Source: Parcubacteria group bacterium (GTDB taxonomy: Bacteria; Patescibacteriota; Minisyncoccia; Phycocordibacterales; CALRBT01). From it: a DNA stretch of 64,000 nucleotides. The notes beneath the pieces are model-generated. The model was not told the DNA's origin, ran no database searches, and saw only the letters and a program-made list of their open reading frames with translations. Position numbers and translations under genes: made by a program. This document shows, piece by piece, positions 27,801 to 37,027 of the stretch (the first letter of the stretch is position 1; each line of letters begins with the position of its first letter). The stretch spans positions 23,807 to 87,806 of the forward strand of contig CALRBT010000001.1 in NCBI GenBank assembly GCA_943354475.1, given 5' to 3'.

Positions 27801-29534
27801 TTCGTAACCCCGCTATCAGCCACCACAACAGTCGCTGACCTTAGTCATACTATTGTCTGGACTGATAACGATAATGATGACAATGCCAGAATCTTACTTT
27901 CATATGACCCTGATGACACGCTAGATAATGTAAATCATACAAACATCACCACATTGTATGAAGACGATGTCGTTGATCAGTATATCTGGGACACATCAAA
28001 TATTCCCGAAGGCACTTATTATCTTTTCGCACTTGTTAGTGATAACCATAATGCCAATCAGGTGATCCATTCTCCTCAAAGGGTTACTATCACACACAGC
28101 GCACCAACTCCTCCATCCCTCTTACGTGCTGAAGGAAAAACAAATCCAACCAATATTACTGACCCAACTCCAGAATTCTCGGCAGTTTACAATGATCTCA
28201 ATGTAGGGGATGTGGCAAAGAAATATCGTATCCAGGTGGCAACATCGACCACGTTTACGTCAACAAAATGGGATTCAGGAATGGCCCTACTTGCGAGTTC
28301 AACCCCCCGAGGATTCCGTACCAAGGATATATCGTATACAGGTTCTTTGCTTGCGTCGAGTACACCATATTACTGGCGTATCAAGTTCTGGGATACAGCG
28401 GGTAGCGAAGGTTCGTGGAGTACTACGACAGCTTCTTTTTCACTTGCCCCATCAACTAATAGTTCTCCTACACCTCCAACATCACTACAAGTTGAAGGAA
28501 AAGCGAATCCAGTCACTATCACTAATCCACTACCAAAGTTTTCAGCAGTATATAACGATCTTAACTTAGGAGATCAAGCAAAGAAATATCAAATCCAAGT
28601 AGCAACCTCCACCACTTTTGTATCGACAAAATGGGATTCGGGAATGAAAGTTCTTGCAACCTCGACTCCTCGAGGTGGGCGTATTCAAAGCGTTACCTAC
28701 AATGGCTCGTCTCTCGCCTCAAGTACTCAGTATTATTGGCGTATAAAACTATGGGATGCAAATAGTAATGAAGGTGCGTGGAGTACTACGACAGCAAGCT
28801 TCTCTCTAGCTGCCTCTACGAGTAAGCCACCTCTTGCACCAACAGAGCTTCGCACTGAAGGCCTAGTAGACCCAATCAATGTTACCGACTCAACCCCAGA
28901 GTTCTCAGCTGTGTACAACGATCCAAATATTGGGGATATGGCAAAGAAATATCAAATCCAAGTAGCAACCTCTACAACTTTCACTTCTCTTGCATGGAAT
29001 TCAGGCACGGTATTACTTGCAACCTCAACCCCTCGAAGTGGTCGTACATACGCCATTGCATATACCGGATCAACACTTGCATCAAGCACAACCTATTATT
29101 GGCGAATAAGATTGTGGGATACTGCCGGTAACGAAGGTTTGTGGAGCACGACAACTGCTAGTTTCTTGTTATTGCCAAAAAACAATATTCCAACCGCTCC
29201 GACATCACTACAAACCGAAGGGTTGACTAATCCAACCAACATTATCGACTCAACCCCGGATTTCTCTGCAATATATAACGATGTTGATCTTGGTGACCTT
29301 GCAAAACGGTATCGTATCCAAGTATCGACCTCAACAACATTTTCGACTCTAAAATGGGATTCAGGAACCACTCTACTTGCAAGTTTAACGCCGATAGGTT
29401 CGCGTATTACGGACGTTTCCTACAGTGGCTCGTCTCTCGCCTCAAGCACAACCTATTATTGGCGTATTAGATTTTGGGATACTAGAGAGGGTGGTGGCGC
29501 TTGGAGTAGTAGATCGTCATTCTCTCTAAAATGA
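24894..29534 (+). CDS. Very large surface protein: signal/TM anchor, squalene-cyclase/prenyltransferase-like alpha-alpha toroid repeats, CARDB-like and carboxypeptidase-regulatory-like domains, five tandem FN3-like repeats
   Basis: QNTDGSWG, SDGSWGG and GVDGSFGG repeats; NSGDLVANSG (CARDB-like); five ~105-aa repeats each carrying YYWRI(K/R)(F/L)WD...G.WS. Confidence 0.7.
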   Translation: MLINYMKLIKVQQNIFPKIVVVFLMVSLLVTPLTPLSAQGVDQLEQNKAVQSLVQKRPLAQVIDIPEVIIGTSTVANISLVDWDQKIEVGGKKVSLSSEEGLASIELSPVIQKLVEAYHGDITSIESALFAPSSLKLEKKKHATEALQYGIAQSLIEEGLLPNDYFELLAQGFIEPADNLIDAKKAFIKKPGAIKAMKAEVVPEVTIVDITTVEGGQINKNKEKSSPLGSLWNTVTGIVSDIGGFVGNQFAKSGTASKTAEVSGTSNGITESSAALISGNASAQSALQYLVSHQNTDGSWGSGNSLLTTTSAVLDALDVYGEIGPEYQKGITWIESYITDNNDYRAQQAKRLARAGRTISELESIASTIDDSTGGFSYDVGYQADPATTAKVLQALTEAGFEDSGSSPRATRTLALYYLTQTQRFDKGWSLFDDGASSLPVTTDVINALLPYKGQSLLGVGSSKIVIDSTIKPALDSLKATQMSDGSWGGDLLNTAVVVQTLKKGKTAATYARESISYLENAQGVDGSFGGGDIYLTAQVLKALATPEPSVGNLAVTDIASTNPLQTRTPAGIKITITNSGDLVANSGILHLVADHYLMGSFNLASSSLVINPHTSAQITVNISNTAGYVGDVAFDAFIEGVGDVIYASSRYQKTLTFAEDPTHLPGLPIYFTAQKHIIDGQPALNVRWGKKSDPNRLNYLIMWRVVGETSWNTYPIANDKNGAFISPYVEDQLYEVTVGAVTADGTKYTYYSSPVQVRVSADANKYTSGTVSGTMRDVNGPVGNISLLAGGDFATVDADGNFNLTHVPYGKGWVRASNFRYEDYVTTFKTSDSTVINHKAYTNLVPDIATPTITYFAMANEADYKMENLETKFIHLGVADDIGITGTGIVASASFSYYDPHDSTWHSIGTMQGPLSSTVGYSWNVPGTLFGPGYKIRATIRDYSGKESEPTEWGPFEFTQGNATPEFAFVTPLSATTTVADLSHTIVWTDNDNDDNARILLSYDPDDTLDNVNHTNITTLYEDDVVDQYIWDTSNIPEGTYYLFALVSDNHNANQVIHSPQRVTITHSAPTPPSLLRAEGKTNPTNITDPTPEFSAVYNDLNVGDVAKKYRIQVATSTTFTSTKWDSGMALLASSTPRGFRTKDISYTGSLLASSTPYYWRIKFWDTAGSEGSWSTTTASFSLAPSTNSSPTPPTSLQVEGKANPVTITNPLPKFSAVYNDLNLGDQAKKYQIQVATSTTFVSTKWDSGMKVLATSTPRGGRIQSVTYNGSSLASSTQYYWRIKLWDANSNEGAWSTTTASFSLAASTSKPPLAPTELRTEGLVDPINVTDSTPEFSAVYNDPNIGDMAKKYQIQVATSTTFTSLAWNSGTVLLATSTPRSGRTYAIAYTGSTLASSTTYYWRIRLWDTAGNEGLWSTTTASFLLLPKNNIPTAPTSLQTEGLTNPTNIIDSTPDFSAIYNDVDLGDLAKRYRIQVSTSTTFSTLKWDSGTTLLASLTPIGSRITDVSYSGSSLASSTTYYWRIRFWDTREGGGAWSSRSSFSLK
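28090..29530 (+). repeat. Coding tandem repeat (~315-bp unit x ~4.5) encoding the FN3-like modules
   Basis: Recurrent caatccaac...acccc(a/g)gaattctc(g/a)gc...tattggcgtat segments. Confidence 0.7.
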
Positions 29535-29602
29535 GTTACAGGGTACCTATAGAAACAAGGCTGTTTTAAAGTTGCGTTGAATTAAGTTATAATTGAGGCA
29601 CT

Positions 29603-30154
29603 ATGAAAATAAAAAATTTACCATTAGTGGTTGGAATGGCGTTACCACTTGTTTTTATTATTGTTATTTCTATTGTTATCTTTACTCCGTCACTTTTTAT
29701 TAGACCAATGCATGACTTTGTCTATACCGAAGAGCGTGGGGATTATTACAATCGGCAATACCAGAACACCTACAAAGTAGAAAATGATCGCATTGCTTTG
29801 GACCCGATTCCCGTAACGACCAAAGAAGTGATCGTATACGAAAATGGCTCACCAAAAAAGGAGTTAGCGCCAAAACTTTATCGGTATACGGTTAAAACAA
29901 ACTCAGTGCGTCAAATTGATTTTGATGAAGCTAAAAATCTAATGCTCGACCCAGGTCCGTCATCTCCTGATGGCTACACTATCTCGTATCAGTATGGACA
30001 TAGTGGAATATTTGAGTTGTTTGGCTCAAATGGTAACGATAACGGCTATTTTATTTCTAAGGGTAGTGGAAAAAAACGACTGAGCGGTTTAGTAGGTGAT
30101 AACTATCGATACTCCTATCAAGGCAACTTTAAGCTTATTGGTTGGATAAAATAA
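29603..30154 (+). CDS. Membrane-anchored hypothetical protein
   Basis: 183 aa, N-terminal TM helix. Confidence 0.45.
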   Translation: MKIKNLPLVVGMALPLVFIIVISIVIFTPSLFIRPMHDFVYTEERGDYYNRQYQNTYKVENDRIALDPIPVTTKEVIVYENGSPKKELAPKLYRYTVKTNSVRQIDFDEAKNLMLDPGPSSPDGYTISYQYGHSGIFELFGSNGNDNGYFISKGSGKKRLSGLVGDNYRYSYQGNFKLIGWIK

Positions 30155-31167
30155 TTTTTATGGACAAACAACAAATAACTACTTTTATTAAGGAACAAAT
30201 TTCGTCTGGCAAGATCTCCAAAGAAGATTTGCAGATGCTTGTAAACGAAAGCGAGTCCTCTTCAGAGGTAATCCAACCAACCCCTATTAGTAAAGTTCCT
30301 TCAAAAGAAGAATCCTCAAAGCAACTCATTAACACGTTTTATGTTATCGGTGCAATCATTGTTCTTGTTGGCGTGATTATTCTTATTGCCCAAAATTGGA
30401 ATGAGATAGGGTTTATTGGAAGGATGTTGGTTACACTCGGTATTTCTGTTGGTGCGTACCTTTTTGGTTTATCGCTTAGGGGCCCTGAGCATAGAATAAT
30501 CTCTCAAGTAATGTTTGTTGTCTCCGCACTCCTTGCCCCCCTCGGTTCTTTTGTTTTACTCACTGAAGCTAGTGTAACCATTACTTGGGAGGTACAAATA
30601 CTTCTCTCAAGTGTTTTGTTTATTATTTTTGGTTCAGCACTTCTTATTAGTAAAAGGAACGTCTTGAGTTTAATTACGATTGGTTTTGCTACATGGACTT
30701 ACTACACACTTGGTATTAAACTTTTTGGATCAAATTTCTTTGACACAGAGTTTCTAAAATGGGCAACAATGCTTCTAGGAGCCTCTTATATTCTGATTGG
30801 CTATGGATATCAATCGGTTTTGGGAATTTCTGATACACCAGATGGAAAAGAAAAAAGAAGAGTCCAAGAAGTTTTATATCGTTTTGGTGTACTCGCTATT
30901 TTAGGAGCTGGGATATCAATAGGGGGTATTTTCGACCTGTTCTTTATCGCATTCATTTTTGCAGCATTTTATGGAAGTGTGTACCTCAAGAGTAGGACTG
31001 TTCTCGTATTAGGAGCACTCTTTCTTATGGCACACATCATAAAACTAACATCAATATACTTTGCACAATCTATCGGATGGCCAATTGCACTTATTATCGT
31101 CGGATTTTTGGTAATCGCTGTTGGTTATATGACGCTCTATCTTAATAAAAAATACATCTCTTCTTAA
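30142..31167 (+). CDS. Polytopic membrane protein (hypothetical, ~8 TM)
   Basis: 341 aa: hydrophilic N-domain, then multiple TM helices. Confidence 0.5.
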   Translation: MDKIIFMDKQQITTFIKEQISSGKISKEDLQMLVNESESSSEVIQPTPISKVPSKEESSKQLINTFYVIGAIIVLVGVIILIAQNWNEIGFIGRMLVTLGISVGAYLFGLSLRGPEHRIISQVMFVVSALLAPLGSFVLLTEASVTITWEVQILLSSVLFIIFGSALLISKRNVLSLITIGFATWTYYTLGIKLFGSNFFDTEFLKWATMLLGASYILIGYGYQSVLGISDTPDGKEKRRVQEVLYRFGVLAILGAGISIGGIFDLFFIAFIFAAFYGSVYLKSRTVLVLGALFLMAHIIKLTSIYFAQSIGWPIALIIVGFLVIAVGYMTLYLNKKYISS

Positions 31168-31179
31168 CAATTTCCCTTA

Positions 31180-31695
31180 ATGAAAAAGATACTCGGAGTC
31201 GCTTTACTTATTTGTGCAGGAATTTTAATTTTCTGGTTTGTCTCTGGGAATAAAGAGATTTCTCAAGTAAGCGAAGTTGATTATAAAGACATTTCGTACT
31301 CTATTCAGGGGACTCCTACAATGCTTGTAAAAAGCCAGTCAGGGACGGTCACTGCTCCCGGTTCAACCATTACTCAATATTTTGGTAACGAGGTTGCGGG
31401 AGATGTAAACGAAGATGGTTTGCCCGATATTGCATTTTTGATTACTCAAAGCGGGAGTGGTACCGGGACGTTTTATTATGCAGTGGTGGCTCTAAAAACA
31501 GCACAAGGATACAGTGGTAGTAACGGAGTATTTCTCGGTGATAGAATCGCCCCACAAACTATTGAAATAAAGGATGGACAGATTATTGTCAATTACGCTG
31601 ATCGCAAAGCAGGTGAGCCGATGACGACTAACCCATCGGTTGGCGTGAGTAAGTACTTAGAGATGATAGGGGGTGTTTTGGTTGAGATACGCTAG
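31180..31695 (+). CDS. Secreted hypothetical protein
   Basis: 171 aa with an N-terminal TM/signal. Confidence 0.45.
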   Translation: MKKILGVALLICAGILIFWFVSGNKEISQVSEVDYKDISYSIQGTPTMLVKSQSGTVTAPGSTITQYFGNEVAGDVNEDGLPDIAFLITQSGSGTGTFYYAVVALKTAQGYSGSNGVFLGDRIAPQTIEIKDGQIIVNYADRKAGEPMTTNPSVGVSKYLEMIGGVLVEIR

Positions 31696-31743
31696 TCTGG
31701 TATCAATAATAGAATTAATTCGCGAGAATTTTTCCAGGTAAAA

Positions 31744-32190
31744 GTGTTTATGCAAATTAAGGAACTTGGACATGTCGTTTTGTACGTAACGAATCTGACG
31801 CAATCAGCTGATTTTTATGCAGGTACGCTTGGTTTCAAAGAAATTGCACGAGAAAAAGGAGTTGCTGTATTTTCTTCCGGCCGCACCCACCATGAGTTGT
31901 TACTGATAGAGATTGGTGGAAAAGCAGAGAAAGAATCTTTTCCTAAGGCAGGCCTCTATCACATTGGATTTAAAATAGGGGACGGGCCAGAAGCGCTCCA
32001 AGAGGTGTATCGTGAATTGAAAAGCAAGGAAGTCACTATTATCGGCGCGAGCGATCATGGAGTAACCCACAGTCTTTACATCCTTGATCCTGATGGAAAT
32101 GAGCTTGAACTTTATGCCGATATTTCAGATGGATGGAAAACGAACCCGGGGGCAATACTCTCGCAGACCAAGTCACTCAAGTTGGAATAG
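31744..32190 (+). CDS. VOC/glyoxalase family protein
   Basis: LGHVVLYVTNL...FY...LGF...HHELLL...YHIGFKI pattern of the vicinal-oxygen-chelate fold. Confidence 0.6.
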   Translation: MFMQIKELGHVVLYVTNLTQSADFYAGTLGFKEIAREKGVAVFSSGRTHHELLLIEIGGKAEKESFPKAGLYHIGFKIGDGPEALQEVYRELKSKEVTIIGASDHGVTHSLYILDPDGNELELYADISDGWKTNPGAILSQTKSLKLE

Positions 32191-32275
32191 TTTTTTAGGT
32201 GGAACTCTGCTTTATAAAATTATGGCTATATTGTGGTAGAATGAGATACAAGTTAAAACTTAGCAAAGAGTATTC

Positions 32276-33388
32276 ATGTCACAGAAATTGCTACACAGAT
32301 ATACCGAACGCTTTCTAAAGAGGAAAGCTTCTTCTTTTGTCTTAGGCGGTGGCATCGCCTTATTTGTTTTTCTCATGTTTTTTTATATTGTTGCTGGTAA
32401 AGATATTTTTGCAAAACCGTACATCGCAGGTATGGCTAATCTGGAAGAGTCGATCAAGATAAATCCACTAAAACAGATTGATACACTCGGGCCCCTCGAC
32501 ACTGCTCTGTACGATAAAAAAATGATAATCCTTGCTAACTATCCAAGTACGACACCTACGACCACTCCTAGAATTTGGCCAGCTAAAGCGGTCTATCCAA
32601 ATCCAGGCGCCATCCTGCCTTTCAACCGTATTATTGCGTATTATGGAAATTTCTACTCAAAAGCTATGGGGGTTTTGGGAGAATATCCTGAAGATGTGAT
32701 GTTGGCCAAACTCGCAGCTGAAGTAAAAAAGTGGAATCTGGCTGATCCTGAGACTCCCGTTGTCCCCGCTATTAACTATATCGCAGTGACAGCTCAGGGA
32801 TATGCAGGCGACGGTAAGTACCGACTTCGTATGCCAGATAGTCAGATTGATAATGCGGTTCGGTTGGCCAAGCAAATAAATGGTATTGTCATTCTTGATG
32901 TTCAAGTTGGACTCAGTACGCTTCAAATTGAAATCCCACTTCTTGAGAAGTATCTCAAAATGCCAGAAGTCCATTTAGGAATTGATCCAGAGTTCTCTAT
33001 GAAAACTGGGGCAAAGCCAGGTACAGTGATTGGTAGTGTTAACGCAGAGGATGTCAATTTTACGACAAGATATTTAGCAAAATTAGTACAAGAAAATAAT
33101 CTACCACCAAAAGTTTTAATCATACATCGATTTACGGGCAATATGGTTAAGGGGTATCGAGAAATGAAACCACTTCCTGAAGTTCAGATTGTCATGGATA
33201 TGGATGGATGGGGGCCTCCTGCTAAGAAAATAGGGACATACAGGCAAGTGATTATTCCAGAGCCAGTACAGTTTACAGGGTTTAAAATTTTCTATAAAAA
33301 TGACTTGCGTGCTCCAAGTACCAGGATTATGACACCAGCAGAGTTATTATCGCTTAGCCCTAGACCAAGTTTCATTCAGTTTCAATAG
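32276..33388 (+). CDS. Membrane-anchored hypothetical protein
   Basis: 370 aa, N-terminal TM helix. Confidence 0.45.
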   Translation: MSQKLLHRYTERFLKRKASSFVLGGGIALFVFLMFFYIVAGKDIFAKPYIAGMANLEESIKINPLKQIDTLGPLDTALYDKKMIILANYPSTTPTTTPRIWPAKAVYPNPGAILPFNRIIAYYGNFYSKAMGVLGEYPEDVMLAKLAAEVKKWNLADPETPVVPAINYIAVTAQGYAGDGKYRLRMPDSQIDNAVRLAKQINGIVILDVQVGLSTLQIEIPLLEKYLKMPEVHLGIDPEFSMKTGAKPGTVIGSVNAEDVNFTTRYLAKLVQENNLPPKVLIIHRFTGNMVKGYREMKPLPEVQIVMDMDGWGPPAKKIGTYRQVIIPEPVQFTGFKIFYKNDLRAPSTRIMTPAELLSLSPRPSFIQFQ

Positions 33389-33405
33389 ACTATATTTTTT
33401 CGAAT

Positions 33406-33951
33406 ATGTTCGTATTATTTTTAAAGAAAAATTTTCTTTGGATAATCCTTGCGCTTCTTATTGTGTATGTTGTAACCGAGCAACCGACACTCATCTCTGA
33501 CTTGCAGTACAAATATTTTCCCTCGAAAGCCTGTAGTGAGCCTATTGAGTACACTATCGGCACATTTGACACCAGGTTTGGAATCAGTGAAGAAGATTTC
33601 AAAGAGGTAATTAACTCGTCAGCCACTATCTGGGGTAAGGGGATTGGCAAAACCCTCTTTCGCTATAATTCGGAGAATACATCTAGGTCGCTCACCATTA
33701 ATCTCATTTACGACGAACGTCAACGATCAACTCAACAAAACGCACTTCTTCAAGCTAATGTCGATAAAGTGAGCGCGTTGGCAGCTTCAGTAAGGGCTCA
33801 GTACACAACACTCCAAAGCCAGTATCGAATAAGTGAACAGACATATAAAGATCAACTCTCTGCAATTAAGGATATTCAAAGAAAGTATAACGCTGAAGTT
33901 TCTTATTGGAATAGCCGAGGAGGGGCTCCTCGAAGCGAAGATTTGTCCTGA
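33406..33951 (+). CDS. Membrane-anchored hypothetical protein (possibly the 5' part of a frameshifted gene continuing in 33833-34339)
   Basis: 181 aa; 3' end overlaps the next ORF by ~120 nt in another frame. Confidence 0.4.
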   Translation: MFVLFLKKNFLWIILALLIVYVVTEQPTLISDLQYKYFPSKACSEPIEYTIGTFDTRFGISEEDFKEVINSSATIWGKGIGKTLFRYNSENTSRSLTINLIYDERQRSTQQNALLQANVDKVSALAASVRAQYTTLQSQYRISEQTYKDQLSAIKDIQRKYNAEVSYWNSRGGAPRSEDLS

Positions 33952-34339
33952 CGGAAGGGCTATTGGACGCTCTGGCCCCAATTGCGAATTCCCAGCTTGT
34001 CCGGATATTGTAACTGCTCCAAATGAGGAGGTTTCAAAAGATGTTGTCTTTAAGGTGGGGGATCGTGTTGATATTGCCAATCTCACTGTAACACTTAATA
34101 AGGTACTGCAAGATAGTCGTTGCCCGATTGATGTTGTTTGTATCCAAGCCGGATCCGTTACTGTAGAAGTAGTACTCACAAACTCAACTCGAAGGGAGAC
34201 GATAACCTTATCGACTGATGCAACCCCACATCTATTTGATGGTTACTATATTTCAATCTTATCAGTTACTCCATCTCCAATGAGTAAAAAAGAAATCAAA
34301 CCAAGTGACTATCGGGTCACGCTCCATGTTGTAAAATAG
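33833..34339 (+). CDS. Cys-rich hypothetical protein (conserved part likely begins ~33900)
   Basis: ICPDGRAIGRSGPNCEFPACPD...CPIDVVC; overlaps the previous ORF. Confidence 0.35.
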   Translation: MNRHIKINSLQLRIFKESITLKFLIGIAEEGLLEAKICPDGRAIGRSGPNCEFPACPDIVTAPNEEVSKDVVFKVGDRVDIANLTVTLNKVLQDSRCPIDVVCIQAGSVTVEVVLTNSTRRETITLSTDATPHLFDGYYISILSVTPSPMSKKEIKPSDYRVTLHVVK

Positions 34340-34344
34340 TTCGA

Positions 34345-34650
34345 GTGTCACTCATGCAAAACAGAAATCAATTTTCATTTTCTGCAGATGTTTGGCGATG
34401 GCCAGGCGCTAGTGGATGGCACTTTGTGAACATAGACAAAGCCTTGTCGGAGAAGGTTCGTAAGCAAAGTAAACCCTACGGAGCCGGATTTGTAAAAGTA
34501 AGGGTGACTTTAGGGAGCAGTACTTGGATTACGGCACTCTTTCCACAAAAAATTTCATCGTCATACATTTTGTCGATAAAAAAGAGTATTCGTCAGAAAG
34601 AGGATGTTTGGGAAGGTAATCATACTAAGCTCTCATTTACCTTGGTTTAA
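34345..34650 (+). CDS. DUF1905 domain protein
   Basis: FSADVWRWPGASGWHFVNI resembles DUF1905. Confidence 0.45.
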   Translation: MSLMQNRNQFSFSADVWRWPGASGWHFVNIDKALSEKVRKQSKPYGAGFVKVRVTLGSSTWITALFPQKISSSYILSIKKSIRQKEDVWEGNHTKLSFTLV

Positions 34651-34680
34651 GGAACGATCTCAGTTAACTGTGATAAAATA

Positions 34681-35568
34681 GTGAACATGGATAATAAACT
34701 AAAAATAGCAGTAATACTTCTTGCAGCAGGTGGGTTAGTACTTTCTCTACTCATTACTAATAACGTACGAAATCTTTCGAACACGAACGCCACAACAACG
34801 CCTACTATTGTACAAAGCAATGTTCCATACTTTTGCCGTGAAGGAAAAAGTCTAACTGTTACCTATACGGAAAATCAGGTCGCGTTATCGCTGTCTGACG
34901 GACGATCGATAAAATTACCACAAGCAATCTCTGCATCCGGTACTCGTTATGCTGAGGGTGATATAGAGTTCTGGAATAAGGGTCTCGACGCATTCATTGT
35001 TGAGAAGGGGAAAAACACATACGATAATTGCACAACTGGTTCTATAACAGGAGACACCACATTACAAACATTTACCGATGGTGGTAAGTTGTTCAGTTTC
35101 AGCTACCCAACCGAGCTACTTATTTCAGGTGGCGGGGTTGGATTCTCGGATAATTGGCTAAACAATGCAACAACCTCAGGTAAGGTTCTCGTGACACTTT
35201 TAGTACCCAAGACGATAGAGCCAAACACTAACTTCTCTGAAAGTAAATTTATCGTTGGTGCCAGTGACCACCCAGAAGCGGTTGTTTCCTGTCTAACCCC
35301 ACCTATAGGTAACGGCGTTGCTAAGAAAGAAACGATTATTAATGGAGTTCCCTTTACGATGATCACCTATAGTGATGCAGGTGCTGGTAACTTCTATGAG
35401 ACGACAAGTTATCGAACGGTTAAGAACAATCAGTGTTATGCACTTGAGTACACAACCCACTCAACTAATATTGGCAACTACTCACCTAGTCAAGGAATTA
35501 AAGAGTTTAACAGGATTAAGATTCAAAAGATTCTTGATGAAGTGGTCAACAGTTTCAAATTTCTCTAA
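34681..35568 (+). CDS. Secreted/lipoprotein-like hypothetical protein
   Basis: 295 aa, N-terminal TM/signal. Confidence 0.45.
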   Translation: MNMDNKLKIAVILLAAGGLVLSLLITNNVRNLSNTNATTTPTIVQSNVPYFCREGKSLTVTYTENQVALSLSDGRSIKLPQAISASGTRYAEGDIEFWNKGLDAFIVEKGKNTYDNCTTGSITGDTTLQTFTDGGKLFSFSYPTELLISGGGVGFSDNWLNNATTSGKVLVTLLVPKTIEPNTNFSESKFIVGASDHPEAVVSCLTPPIGNGVAKKETIINGVPFTMITYSDAGAGNFYETTSYRTVKNNQCYALEYTTHSTNIGNYSPSQGIKEFNRIKIQKILDEVVNSFKFL

Positions 35569-35583
35569 AAACTGACGATCAAA

Positions 35584-36294
35584 ATGAGCAAGGTTGTTCA
35601 TAGAGCAAGTGAGCGAGGGGTAGGGCAGTATGGTTGGTTAACAACCAGGTACAGTTTTAGCTTTGCTGATTGGTTCGAGCCGAGCAGAATGGGTTTTAGA
35701 AAACTCCGAGTAATCAATGACGACATTGTTGCTCCAGCTTCAGGGTTTGGCGAACATAGTCACTGTGATATGGAGATTATCACTATTGTTATGAAAGGTG
35801 CGGTGACCCACCGCGATAGCGTCGGTGGTGAAGGCATCGTCCGTGCAGGCGAAGTACAAGTAATGTCAGCAGGCTCTGGCGTGACACACTCCGAATATAA
35901 TAAATCAAAAACAGAACCGCTTGAGTTGTTCCAAATTTGGATTGAAACGAGGGATCGTGGCATCACTCCTCGCTATGGACAACGCTCGTTCTCCGAGTGC
36001 CAAGATAACAACAAGTTACAGTATTTGGTTAGTCCAGATGTGGAGAATCTAGATGGAACACTCACGATCGCACAGGACGCCTACATTGCGCGCGCTAACC
36101 TTGCAGGAGAGAATCTTCGTTATGTTGTAAAACATCAAAATAATGGCGTGTATATTTTTATTATCGATGGTGAGGCTGAGGTCTTGGGTGAGACTTTGGG
36201 TAAACGCGATGCGATTGGTGTTACTAAAACTGATGAAATTGTAATTTCGACTAAAAAAGAAGGGAGCGTCTTGATTATCGAGGTTTCTGCGTAA
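35584..36294 (+). CDS. Pirin family protein
   Basis: GFGEHSHCDMEIITIVMKG, cupin His ligands and two-cupin architecture. Confidence 0.75.
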   Translation: MSKVVHRASERGVGQYGWLTTRYSFSFADWFEPSRMGFRKLRVINDDIVAPASGFGEHSHCDMEIITIVMKGAVTHRDSVGGEGIVRAGEVQVMSAGSGVTHSEYNKSKTEPLELFQIWIETRDRGITPRYGQRSFSECQDNNKLQYLVSPDVENLDGTLTIAQDAYIARANLAGENLRYVVKHQNNGVYIFIIDGEAEVLGETLGKRDAIGVTKTDEIVISTKKEGSVLIIEVSA

Positions 36295-36342
36295 TAAAGA
36301 CTGAATTACTACTCGTGATTTTAGAATGGAAATCATAATGCT

Positions 36343-36978
36343 ATGAAAAGTAAAAAACACATTATATTTGATTTTGATGGGGTAATCATTGATTCATTTC
36401 AAACAGCGCTTTCAGTTGAGCAGATTACTGTGCCAGAGTTAGATGATGAGACCTATCGAATATTATTTGAGGGAAATATCAACAAAGTTGAAGGTTACCA
36501 GAATGAGTCTCTCAAGAAAATTAAACACGATGAAGTGTTTTGGAGTGAGTATACAAAAAGAGTTTTAAGAGATGCCCAACTGTTTCCGAAGATGCAGGAC
36601 GTCATAACTCAATTATCGAACCAATATTCCTTATCTGTAATTTCATCGAGTATTTCAAGTTTGATTTCAGATATGTTGAGTAGGGAACATTTGGAGCAGT
36701 ATTTTGAGGAAATTTTAGGTAATGATGTTCACCCAAGTAAGATAGAAAAAATAAAAATGATATTTGATAAATACGATCTTTCACCAGAGGATTGCGTTTT
36801 TGTTACCGACACTCTCGGTGATATACGGGAGGGAAACCAGGTTGGCGTTGGTAGCATTGGGGTGACGTGGGGATTTCATTCCGTGGAGGTTTTGGCACAA
36901 GGTAATCCGTTTAGGCTCATAAATCACCCAGACCAACTCATTGAGACCATCTCTGACTATTTTGTGGTCAAAAAGTAA
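36343..36978 (+). CDS. HAD family hydrolase
   Basis: N-terminal IIFDFDGVIIDS (DxD motif) and C-terminal TDTLGDI. Confidence 0.7.
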   Translation: MKSKKHIIFDFDGVIIDSFQTALSVEQITVPELDDETYRILFEGNINKVEGYQNESLKKIKHDEVFWSEYTKRVLRDAQLFPKMQDVITQLSNQYSLSVISSSISSLISDMLSREHLEQYFEEILGNDVHPSKIEKIKMIFDKYDLSPEDCVFVTDTLGDIREGNQVGVGSIGVTWGFHSVEVLAQGNPFRLINHPDQLIETISDYFVVKK

Positions 36979-37027
36979 TCTTGTGGGTAAATTTTAATCA
37001 AAAGGTTCTTTCTGCTATACTATTTTT

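Noticed and set aside
28090-29530. Regular ~315-bp tandem repeats that could superficially suggest a CRISPR-like or satellite array
   Set aside because: They lie inside one long ORF and encode five FN3-like protein repeats. Repeat length and absence of short unique spacers are incompatible with CRISPR.
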